From the IMG/VR virus record IMGVR_UViG_3300032883_000151, positions 1 through 47,084 of that record: a stretch of DNA of 47,084 bases, one strand, 5' to 3'. Positions 29,659 through 36,342 of this stretch are shown here, one piece after another. The notes beneath the pieces are model-generated. The model saw only the letters and a list, made by a program, of their open reading frames with translations. It was not told the origin of the DNA and did not search any database. Source of the DNA: a virus. Its lineage: Duplodnaviria; Caudoviricetes. Every line of letters starts with the position of its first letter. Position 1 is the stretch's first letter. A program made the position numbers and the translations under genes.

Positions 29659-29743
29659 CGGAGAGCGCAGGATTCGAACCCGGCCGCTTGCGCAGCTTCC
29701 GGATTTCAAATCCGGCGCGGCTACCGTTGCCGCCTCGCCCTCC
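29659..29743 (-). tRNA. tRNA-Ser(UGA), 8/4 fold
   Basis: Loop TTTGAAA, acceptor GGAGGGCG/CGCTCTCC, T stem CGGG/CCTG. Confidence 0.88.
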
Positions 29744-29750
29744 AAGAAAT

Positions 29751-29823
29751 GCGCTCGCGGAGCCGGATCGAGATGCTTCCCCAGCATCAACGTCTGCCCG
29801 TGCCCACGGGACTCCGCGAGCGC
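29751..29823 (-). ncRNA. Unassigned stem-closed structured element between tRNA-Ser genes
   Basis: 12-bp perfect terminal stem GCGCTCGCGGAG/CTCCGCGAGCGC enclosing two hairpins. Confidence 0.4.
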
Positions 29824-29843
29824 GGAACTCACGCTACCACAAG

Positions 29844-29929
29844 CGGAAGAGAGAGGGCACGATCCCCAGCGACTTGCGCCGCCACGCCGCTTTCCAAGCG
29901 GGCCCAGCCCCACGGCTGGTTTCCCTTCC
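29844..29929 (-). tRNA. tRNA-Ser(GGA), 8/4 fold, atypical T loop
   Basis: Loop TTGGAAA, acceptor GGAAGGGA/TCTCTTCC, T loop ATCGTGC. Confidence 0.8.
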
Positions 29930-29950
29930 AACGCTTCTCGGGGGCTGAGA

Positions 29951-30050
29951 ACGGGAGGCGAGATTCGAACTCGCCACGCCCTCCGCACGTCAGATTGGTT
30001 GCAAGTGAGCTTCGGAGGTTGAGACAGGGCCCTGGCTTGGGCCCCTCCGG
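29951..30050 (-). ncRNA. tRNA-like element with perfect T arm and enlarged anticodon-position arm (5' limit uncertain)
   Basis: GCGAG-TTCGAAT-CTCGC, GGAGG/CCTCC, hairpins GGCCC/GGGCC and CCTCCG/CGGAGG. Confidence 0.4.
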
Positions 30051-30234
30051 GCACCACGAAGTCCAAGTAGCGGTGTGCCCCGCGAAAAGATCAATCGGCG
30101 ACCAGGCGCCATCGCTGAAGTACAAACGCGTGTACTCCAACGATGGCGAGAGGCTGCACGTCCTCATACGAGCGCCGCAACGGGCGCACTCCCACGAGGA
30201 CTCATCCGGGGCGACGCGCCAGTCGTGCTGACGC

Positions 30235-30756
30235 TTACGTCCCGTACCGCTGCTCGACATAGTCCTTCCACTGCTCGACGATCTCTGTCGGACGGATTTG
30301 GAGCGGAGCCATCGGCAGCGACTTCGGCTTCACCGGCATTGTACGCAACGTCATGCCCGCCTCAGCCGGGGTCTTATTGCCCTTCTTGATATTGCACGGG
30401 TAACACGCGCTGACGATATTGCTCCAGGTCGTCTTTCCGCCTCGCACCCGAGGGACGACGTGGTCGTAGTTCAGTTCGCCCATCTTCCCGTGGAACCCGC
30501 AATACTGGCAGGTGAACTTGTCACGCGTGAGCACGTTCAGACGGCTGAACTTCACTCCGCGCTTCGAATGGTTCACCGGCTTCTTCAGCCGCACGACGGC
30601 GGGCATCTGGATCGACGTCGACGGCGAGCGCACGACTTCGTCGTAGTTCGCGATCACTTCGATCTTGTCCAGATACAGCATCGTGATCGCCGTCGTCCAG
30701 TGGACGATCTTATGCGGCGACATCCAGGGTGTAAGCACCAAGGTTCTCGGGATCAT
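30235..30756 (-). CDS. HNH endonuclease (McrA-like)
   Basis: FSRLNVLTRDKFTCQYCG..DHVVPRVRGGKTTWSNIVSACYPCNIKKG. Confidence 0.92.
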   Translation of the reverse strand: MIPRTLVLTPWMSPHKIVHWTTAITMLYLDKIEVIANYDEVVRSPSTSIQMPAVVRLKKPVNHSKRGVKFSRLNVLTRDKFTCQYCGFHGKMGELNYDHVVPRVRGGKTTWSNIVSACYPCNIKKGNKTPAEAGMTLRTMPVKPKSLPMAPLQIRPTEIVEQWKDYVEQRYGT

Positions 30757-30809
30757 GGCTCACCTTACCGTTTCCGTTTGCGCATCACGCGCTCCTTCTG
30801 TTGTTGCGT

Positions 30810-30886
30810 TGGTGCTCAAGGCGGGAGTCGAACCCGCAGTTGTGCGACATTTGAAATCGTTGCGTTTGCCGTTTCGCCACTTGAGC
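30810..30886 (-). tRNA. tRNA-Leu(CAA), short variable region
   Basis: Leu-type D arm, loop TTCAAAT, A73, CCA. Confidence 0.75.
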
Positions 30887-30891
30887 AGCAG

Positions 30892-30963
30892 TGAGGGCGA
30901 CAGGAGTCGAACCTGCCTATTGGGAAATTAGAAGTCCCCGCCTGGCCGATAGGCTACGCCCTC
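30892..30963 (-). tRNA. Probable amber suppressor tRNA(CUA); alternative reading Arg(UCU)
   Basis: Canonical spacing gives stem GGGAC/TTCCC, loop TT-CTA-AT and a 5-nt variable loop. Confidence 0.65.
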
Positions 30964-31445
30964 AGACGACGATTGTTCCTTCCGCAAAACGTAGCGGTTT
31001 GCGAATCACAATTGGGACATAAGAAGCGCAGATTCCTAAGCCTATGATCATTGCGAATGCCATTTCTGTGGTCCAGCCGCAGCACCAGGTCTTTCCCTTG
31101 CCATACCGGCCCCGAACCACATTCCGCGCACTTGTACTCTCGGAGCGTGTTGCGCAAGACGATCCTTTTTGCAGCGGCCGTAGAGTGTCGACTGTTTCTG
31201 ACAAGCACGTCGGCGGCAACCAATCTCGGGCGTCCGCCAGTGGTACCATGCGCCTGCCCTTTCCAGTGCGACACGTCCAGTCGCAGTCTTGCAATTTCGC
31301 GATGCACGAATCGGTAGTTGCTGCCTACAATCGCCCGCTTTAGCGTCTTTAGGACTCCAGCGATTGAGATGTTGTCACGCACCGCTGCTGCCATTACGTC
31401 CGCGCGCATGACTCGCATCCTGCCCACTCGGTCACGCGTTGGCAA
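30954..31445 (-). CDS. HNH homing endonuclease
   Basis: YKCAECG..LRLDHRNGIRNDHRLRNLRFLCPNCDSQT. Confidence 0.88.
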   Translation of the reverse strand: MPTRDRVGRMRVMRADVMAAAVRDNISIAGVLKTLKRAIVGSNYRFVHREIARLRLDVSHWKGQAHGTTGGRPRLVAADVLVRNSRHSTAAAKRIVLRNTLREYKCAECGSGPVWQGKDLVLRLDHRNGIRNDHRLRNLRFLCPNCDSQTATFCGRNNRRLRA

Positions 31446-31767
31446 GTGTCAGCGGCAGCTTGCGGCAGAGGCGCCCAGTATACTCTCCAGGCTCCAGCGC
31501 AATCGACGTGAGCTGATGCCCCAGGTCGGGCTCTCGGAACGACGCCACCTTCAGCCCGATGCTCCTAGCCTTGTGCATCAGCCGTTCGAGGGCGCTCTCG
31601 TCGGGAGCGGCGAGGAGCGCCACCGTGTTCGACTTCTCGAACCAGCGACGCTCGACCTCCGGGTGCTCGTGCTGAAACTGCCTCGCGGCGTGGACGGCCT
31701 GCGCGGCTTGGTAGCCGGGATGCAGGTCCGCCCGCGTCACGATGTACAGCTTGTCGACTTCGCTCAC
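31432..31767 (-). CDS. Peptidyl-tRNA hydrolase, Pth2-like
   Basis: KLYIVTRADLHPGYQAAQAVHAA..FREPDLGHQLTSIALEP..KLPL. Confidence 0.8.
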   Translation of the reverse strand: MSEVDKLYIVTRADLHPGYQAAQAVHAARQFQHEHPEVERRWFEKSNTVALLAAPDESALERLMHKARSIGLKVASFREPDLGHQLTSIALEPGEYTGRLCRKLPLTLANA

Positions 31768-32981
31768 GATCCGTCTCCCAGCAACTTCTCGGCGTAGTCG
31801 AACGCCTGGTTCATCCCAGCGACCGAGTGCTCGAAGAACTTGTCGTGGTCGGTGTTTCCGTCCTTGTAGATGCTCAGCTTGACGGGTCCGGTGTCGACGG
31901 CCCATTCGAGGTCGATGGTGTAGCCATTCTTCTCGCGACCACGGTCGATGATGCGGCGACACATCCGACGCTCGTTCCCAGTGAAGTCCGGGCACCACCG
32001 TTCGTGCGTGATGCCGATGGACTCGTAGTCGGCGGGCTTCAGCACCTTGTCCTTGAGCCGAGCGGCATAGGCGAGATACAGCGGATCGCCAGCTCGGAAG
32101 TCGGCGAGCCACTTGCTGTACCTACGCTCGCCTTCCTCTCGCTCGATGCGCCGCACCTTCTCGGCCTCGGACACCCACTCGTCGACAAGGATGAGCTTCA
32201 GGCCCTCGCGCCGGAACGTCTTGATGGCGTTGGCCACATCCCTCGCCGTCGTCCAGTCCACCTTGGCGACCAACTCGCCGTCGAGGAACTCGATGACGGC
32301 CGAGGCGCGCACTTCGCCGTCGCTGACGATGACGGAGTTGCCTGGCTCTTGCGGCCAGTCGACAAGGCTTGCCTTCGAGCAGACCGTGTTCAGCCGCACG
32401 CGGTCGTCTTCCGTCCTCGCGTTGAAGTCGACCTTGATGTCGTCGTCATCGGAGTCGTTGTTCGTCGTGTCGTAGCTCTTGATCGTGCCGTCGGGTTCGA
32501 TGACGGGCGGCTTGCCGTCGGCGTAGATGCCGATGGGCTCACACTTCTCTGTGGGCTCGATCTCCGGCCAGCCGTTCATCGGGTCGGAGAAGTCGTAGAA
32601 CCGAAACTCGTAGGGGCAGGCCCAGATGCAACCCTCGACGACGAGCATCAGCGTGGCCGCGTCGAAGCGGTAGTCCGCCCAGCAGAAGCCGTGACCCTTC
32701 TCCGCCTCGGGCGGCAGATGGTCACGGCGCTTGCCGGTGTCCAGCTCGATGACGGTCTGGCCCTGGTAGTCCTCGCCACAGACGAGGTACGAGTGCCCGT
32801 TCGGGTGGTCGATCCAGCAGAACGGAAACGAGCTGTAGTTGCGCTTCACCTTCGCGATGGGCTTGTCCGATCCCTTGCGGTACACGAGGCCGCGCGTGTA
32901 GTCCCAACAGCCAGGCTTGGTAGCATGGCTGTTGACCACGAGCTTGTACTCGCCGGACGGCGACAGATGCTCGCCGCCCAT
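31764..32981 (-). CDS. Hypothetical protein
   Basis: 405 aa, translationally coupled on both sides. Confidence 0.75.
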   Translation of the reverse strand: MGGEHLSPSGEYKLVVNSHATKPGCWDYTRGLVYRKGSDKPIAKVKRNYSSFPFCWIDHPNGHSYLVCGEDYQGQTVIELDTGKRRDHLPPEAEKGHGFCWADYRFDAATLMLVVEGCIWACPYEFRFYDFSDPMNGWPEIEPTEKCEPIGIYADGKPPVIEPDGTIKSYDTTNNDSDDDDIKVDFNARTEDDRVRLNTVCSKASLVDWPQEPGNSVIVSDGEVRASAVIEFLDGELVAKVDWTTARDVANAIKTFRREGLKLILVDEWVSEAEKVRRIEREEGERRYSKWLADFRAGDPLYLAYAARLKDKVLKPADYESIGITHERWCPDFTGNERRMCRRIIDRGREKNGYTIDLEWAVDTGPVKLSIYKDGNTDHDKFFEHSVAGMNQAFDYAEKLLGDGS

Positions 32982-33370
32982 TACGCCACCTCCTTCGAGG
33001 CGACACCTTCGGCGCGCAGCTTCTCGGCACGGAGCTTCCGCTCTGCCTTCTGCTCGTCTGTGAGCACCGGAAGCGGAGCATCCGGCGCTGGGTTGCGCAC
33101 CTGAGCGGCAAGCTCGACAGCCCGCTCCTCGGTGAGTCCACCGTAAGCCTTGACGGCTTGCACGACGCCACGGACGAGAGCGATGCGGGTGATCGACTCA
33201 CCGGCCCCGTGAAGGGCTCGGTCCAGCGTGTCGCGCGTGCGCGGCTCAATCTGCCGGTAGGTCTTGCCTCGCAGCAGCCCGTAAGCGACCAGAAGGTCGC
33301 GATCACGGCAGGGATTGTTCTTGATCGCGTCGCGCAGGGCGACCAGTTGGTACTTCTTCATCTTCAGCAT
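32981..33370 (-). CDS. Conserved phage hypothetical protein; first gene after the amber leader
   Basis: AAGGAG RBS; LVAYGLLRGKTYRQIEP motif. Confidence 0.75.
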   Translation of the reverse strand: MLKMKKYQLVALRDAIKNNPCRDRDLLVAYGLLRGKTYRQIEPRTRDTLDRALHGAGESITRIALVRGVVQAVKAYGGLTEERAVELAAQVRNPAPDAPLPVLTDEQKAERKLRAEKLRAEGVASKEVA

Positions 33371-33408
33371 GGATTCATCTCCTTGGTTTATGGTTGGTAA
33401 TCGAGCAC

Positions 33409-33465
33409 TTACGGATGCTCGACCCAAGGAGGGCCACGCGATCTCTGAAGCAGCTACGAGTACAT
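33409..33465 (-). promoter_or_regulatory. Leaderless leader ORF MYS(amber)LLQRSRGPPWVEHP with anti-SD; candidate translational attenuator
   Basis: ATG TAC TCG TAG CTG CTT CAG AGA TCG CGT GGC CCT CCT TGG..TAA; CTCCTTGG (33424-33431) complementary to SD CCAAGGAG (33379-33386). Confidence 0.7.
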
Positions 33466-33472
33466 GACAGGA

Positions 33473-33501
33473 ATACTACTCACCCGGTTCGGGTTCGTCA
33501 A
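33473..33501 (-). promoter_or_regulatory. sigma70-type promoter
   Basis: TTGACG-N17-TAGTAT; leader ATG follows 7 nt after the -10 box. Confidence 0.7.
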
Positions 33502-33504
33502 GGG

Positions 33505-33589
33505 TGCCGACGCCCGGACTTGAACCGGGACGCCCTGGTTAGGAGCACTAGCACCTCAAGCTAGCGTGTCTGCATTCCACCACGTCGGC
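33505..33589 (-). tRNA. tRNA-Leu(GAG)
   Basis: Loop TTGAGGT, long V arm. Confidence 0.92.
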
Positions 33590-33602
33590 ATGCTGCGCTT
33601 CG

Positions 33603-33686
33603 TGCGAACGGAGAGACTTGAACTCTCACACCCGGTTAGGGCACCAGAACCTGAATCTGGCGTGTCTGCCATTCCACCACGTTCGC
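33603..33686 (-). tRNA. tRNA-Leu(CAG)
   Basis: Loop TTCAGGT, long V arm. Confidence 0.92.
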
Positions 33687-33696
33687 ATATCGAGAT

Positions 33697-33770
33697 TGGT
33701 TGGCGTGAGTGGAGTTGAACCACCGTGTCCTGCATGTCACACAGGCGCTCTTCCGTTGAGCTACACGCCA
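33697..33770 (-). tRNA. tRNA-Val(GAC)
   Basis: Loop GTGACAT, CCA. Confidence 0.88.
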
Positions 33771-33771
33771 A

Positions 33772-33847
33772 TGGTAGGCCGGGGCCGAGTCGAACGGCCG
33801 TCCTCCGCTCATCAGACGGAGACACTTACCCTTGTGCTACCGGCCCA
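33772..33847 (-). tRNA. tRNA-Ile(GAU)
   Basis: Loop CTGATGA, CCA. Confidence 0.88.
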
Positions 33848-33855
33848 AGTCTTTG

Positions 33856-33926
33856 TCCGCGCGCCCCGAGTCGAACAGGGAGCGGAAGGATATAAGCCCT
33901 CCTAGGTCAACCGAACCCACGCGCGG
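33856..33926 (-). tRNA. tRNA-Ile(UAU), divergent D arm
   Basis: Acceptor CCGCGCG/CGCGCGG, stem GAGGG/CCTTC, loop CTTATAT. Confidence 0.7.
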
Positions 33927-33964
33927 CGGACGTCCGCGCGTAGGCGTATGAGAAACTGGATCAT

Positions 33965-34042
33965 TGGTACTCCGGGCGAGATTCGAACTCGCACTGTTCT
34001 GATCCTAAATCAGATGCCTCATGCCAATTGGGCTACCGGAGC
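33965..34042 (-). tRNA. tRNA-Leu(UAG), short variable region
   Basis: Loop TTTAGGA, CCA. Confidence 0.88.
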
Positions 34043-34047
34043 GTGGA

Positions 34048-34317
34048 TTACCGCTTACTGACGTACCAGTACGTGAGGCCGCCGAGCGCGGCTACGCCGA
34101 CGATCCCGAGCGCCCACATCGCCACGGTCGAACCGGAAGGGCCAGCAACCTCGTCGATGCACTCGTCTGCGATGCTCGCGAGAACGTCGTCATTGGCTTG
34201 AGTCCCGTGCGCCTGCTGCCACGCGATGCCCTTGGTCACCGCGCAGGCTTTGGCTTGCTCCTTCTGGTCAGGGCTGAGGCTGCTGACTCTCGCTTTGACA
34301 CTCGCTATGTCTGCCAT
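34048..34317 (-). CDS. Small protein with C-terminal TM
   Basis: AGGAG RBS; WALGIVGVAALGGLTYWYVSKR. Confidence 0.65.
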   Translation of the reverse strand: MADIASVKARVSSLSPDQKEQAKACAVTKGIAWQQAHGTQANDDVLASIADECIDEVAGPSGSTVAMWALGIVGVAALGGLTYWYVSKR

Positions 34318-34326
34318 CGCTTGCTC

Positions 34327-34683
34327 CTACGGACACTTCACTGTCTTGCACGCCCTCGCGTCAGCCTTCGTCTTGGCCGTCGCCAGGCACTGCGGCTTGA
34401 AGTCGGCCATGCGATTGACCTGACCCTGGCGCATGACAGACACGCAGTTCGACCTCTGGCCTTCCTCGCACCCCAGCTTCGCAAGGTTCGAGCACGCCTT
34501 CGCGTAGATGCCAACGGCCGTGTCGCCATCGGCCTCTAGGTCTGCGTCGGACTCTCCCGCGTCGGATTCTACGACCACTGGAGCCGAGGCGTCGTCAACG
34601 GGCGGTGGCTGCGGCGTGATCGGGCACGGGCAGCAGCCCGTAAGCAACACAGAGACGGCAATGGCGACGGCTACGAGCTTCAT
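34327..34683 (-). CDS. Cys-rich lipoprotein
   Basis: Signal peptide with lipobox LLTG-C. Confidence 0.7.
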   Translation of the reverse strand: MKLVAVAIAVSVLLTGCCPCPITPQPPPVDDASAPVVVESDAGESDADLEADGDTAVGIYAKACSNLAKLGCEEGQRSNCVSVMRQGQVNRMADFKPQCLATAKTKADARACKTVKCP

Positions 34684-34685
34684 GG

Positions 34686-35534
34686 TCAGGCTGCCTTTCG
34701 GACGATGGTGACGTGCATCACGGTGACGTCCTCCATGGTCGCTACGAAGTCCTCGCTGACCAGGATGTTGCCACCGGCGCCCCACGTCGCGCCCCAGGAG
34801 TTGCGGACGATGAACGTCGTCTTGCCGTCCACCTCGGTCTGGTAGCCGATGACGCACATGCAGTGGCCACCGCCGTTTGGATCGTTCGGGTCGCACGCGC
34901 CCTGCGGCGGCAGGTCCGGCGTCCAGTTCTCGAACGCCATGTCGACGAAAGCGCCGAAGGTGATCGCGTACCCAGCCGCGAGAGCCTGTCGCATCTGCTG
35001 AATGCGAAGCGCTCCGGTCGCGGTGATCGCGTACTCTCCGATCAGCAGCGTTGTCGCTTCAATCTCGGCATCTCCGAGCATTTCTTCATCGTTGATGCTA
35101 CTCGGCTCGCAGTCACTGTAGCGACCGTCCGAAGTCGGAGCGTCGATGGGGCGAATGCCGTACGCCGTGATCCCTCGCATGACGATGTCGATGAACGCGC
35201 CATCGTCCGACAGCTTAGGAAGAGCGCCAGAGTGATGCTTGGCCGCGCGATCAACGCAACGTGCGTTGCGGTAGATCCCGTCAGGGCTTGGCACGAAGCC
35301 GAGCTTGTCGCCGCACGTCGTGTAGATGCCGCAGGCGGTCCCGTGTCCCGTACATGAGCCCGTGTCGCCCTGATCCATTGGCGCAGGCGCCTTTGCGCTC
35401 AGGTCAACACTCGGCGGCGTCTTAGCCGACGGCCCGAGTCGAGCCAGCAGGAGGCCCGCTGATGCTCTGACGATGCCACTCGGATTCGGCTTCCAGCCTT
35501 TTGCGCGGCGAGCGGTCGGTGCGGAGGTTGTCAT
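34686..35534 (-). CDS. Papain-like (C1) cysteine peptidase
   Basis: DQGDTGSCTG, GGHCMCVIGY, IVRNSWGATWG. Confidence 0.9.
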   Translation of the reverse strand: MTTSAPTARRAKGWKPNPSGIVRASAGLLLARLGPSAKTPPSVDLSAKAPAPMDQGDTGSCTGHGTACGIYTTCGDKLGFVPSPDGIYRNARCVDRAAKHHSGALPKLSDDGAFIDIVMRGITAYGIRPIDAPTSDGRYSDCEPSSINDEEMLGDAEIEATTLLIGEYAITATGALRIQQMRQALAAGYAITFGAFVDMAFENWTPDLPPQGACDPNDPNGGGHCMCVIGYQTEVDGKTTFIVRNSWGATWGAGGNILVSEDFVATMEDVTVMHVTIVRKAA

Positions 35535-35572
35535 GGATGCCGAGAATACACGATGGCACCCACGGGACAAGA

Positions 35573-35649
35573 TGGTGGGCCGTGCCGGACTTGAACCAGC
35601 GACTTCCTGCTTGTAAGGCAGGTGCTCTGCGCAACTGAGCTAACGGCCC
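35573..35649 (-). tRNA. tRNA-Val(UAC)
   Basis: Loop CTTACAA, CCA. Confidence 0.93.
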
Positions 35650-35655
35650 TAATAG

Positions 35656-35729
35656 TCGGCGTGAGAGGATTCGAACCTCCGACTTCTCGGTCCCGAACCG
35701 AGTGCGCTTCCAGACTGCGCTACACGCCG
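35656..35729 (-). tRNA. tRNA-Pro(CGG)
   Basis: Loop TTCGGGA. Confidence 0.93.
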
Positions 35730-35738
35730 ATGAAATTG

Positions 35739-35814
35739 TGGCTGAGGCGGGAGGACTCGAACCCCCAACATGCGGAACCAAAATCCGCCGTCCTGCCGAT
35801 TGAACGACGCCTCA
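35739..35814 (-). tRNA. tRNA-Gln(UUG)
   Basis: Loop TTTTGGT, U1-A72, CCA. Confidence 0.93.
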
Positions 35815-35815
35815 G

Positions 35816-35891
35816 TGGTAGCTGGGGACGGACTCGAACCGCCTACGCTCCGCGTATGAAACGGATGCTCTACCAGTTGAGCTACCCAGCC
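35816..35891 (-). tRNA. tRNA-Met(CAU), elongator type (or Ile2)
   Basis: Loop TTCATAC, CCA. Confidence 0.88.
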
Positions 35892-36208
35892 AGACGGCTT
35901 GCTACTTCAAACAGTCGCTGAGGCTGCGGACTGTACGCCCACATGATCAGCGCCAGATGCCTTCGCGTCGGCAGACCGTTCTCGAACAATGGCTCGTGCC
36001 GCTTCTTGACCTGAGCCATGTGGCGCTTGACGAAATTCATCCGTCGCCTGCGCCAGTATTCGTCGAGTCTGTCAGCGTCGCCGTTCGCTGCCTTGTACTG
36101 CGTCAGGAATCCGCGCCCTGAGCGAGCGACCTTCGACACTGCGAGAGCCTTCGACAACGGCTCCCAGGCCAGCGTGTCTTCCAGGCTGAGAAACTTTGGC
36201 TCTGTCAT
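35882..36208 (-). CDS. Hypothetical protein
   Basis: WRRRRMNFVKRH..PTRRHLALIMWAYSP; fills the gap between tRNAs. Confidence 0.65.
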   Translation of the reverse strand: MTEPKFLSLEDTLAWEPLSKALAVSKVARSGRGFLTQYKAANGDADRLDEYWRRRRMNFVKRHMAQVKKRHEPLFENGLPTRRHLALIMWAYSPQPQRLFEVASRLAG

Positions 36209-36292
36209 GGTAGCAGGGGAGGGAATTGAACCCACCTAGCCTTTCGGCACCGGGGTATGAACCCGGCGAGCGACCGTTGCTCTATCCCTGCA
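36208..36292 (-). tRNA. Initiator-like tRNA(CAU) with long variable arm
   Basis: 1-72 mismatch, GGG/CCC anticodon stem, loop TTCATAC, V arm GCC-GAAA-GGC, CCA. Confidence 0.8.
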
Positions 36293-36342
36293 CAAGTGGT
36301 GAGACTCTACCACGCTCGAAAGCGCGGGTGTAGCATCGCGGC

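Noticed and set aside
29951-30245. tmRNA call
   Set aside because: No G3-U70, no GGGG 5' end or CCA-type 3' end, and no convincing tag peptide; kept only as an unassigned tRNA-like element.
30810-30886. Possible opal/Sec tRNA (UCA) reading
   Set aside because: The TTTCAAA loop register gives no anticodon stem; the CAA register pairs, and the D arm and A73 are Leu-like.
31827-33104. 425-aa plus-strand ORF (likewise 21704-22876 on the minus strand)
   Set aside because: Antisense to well-coupled genes; no independent evidence.
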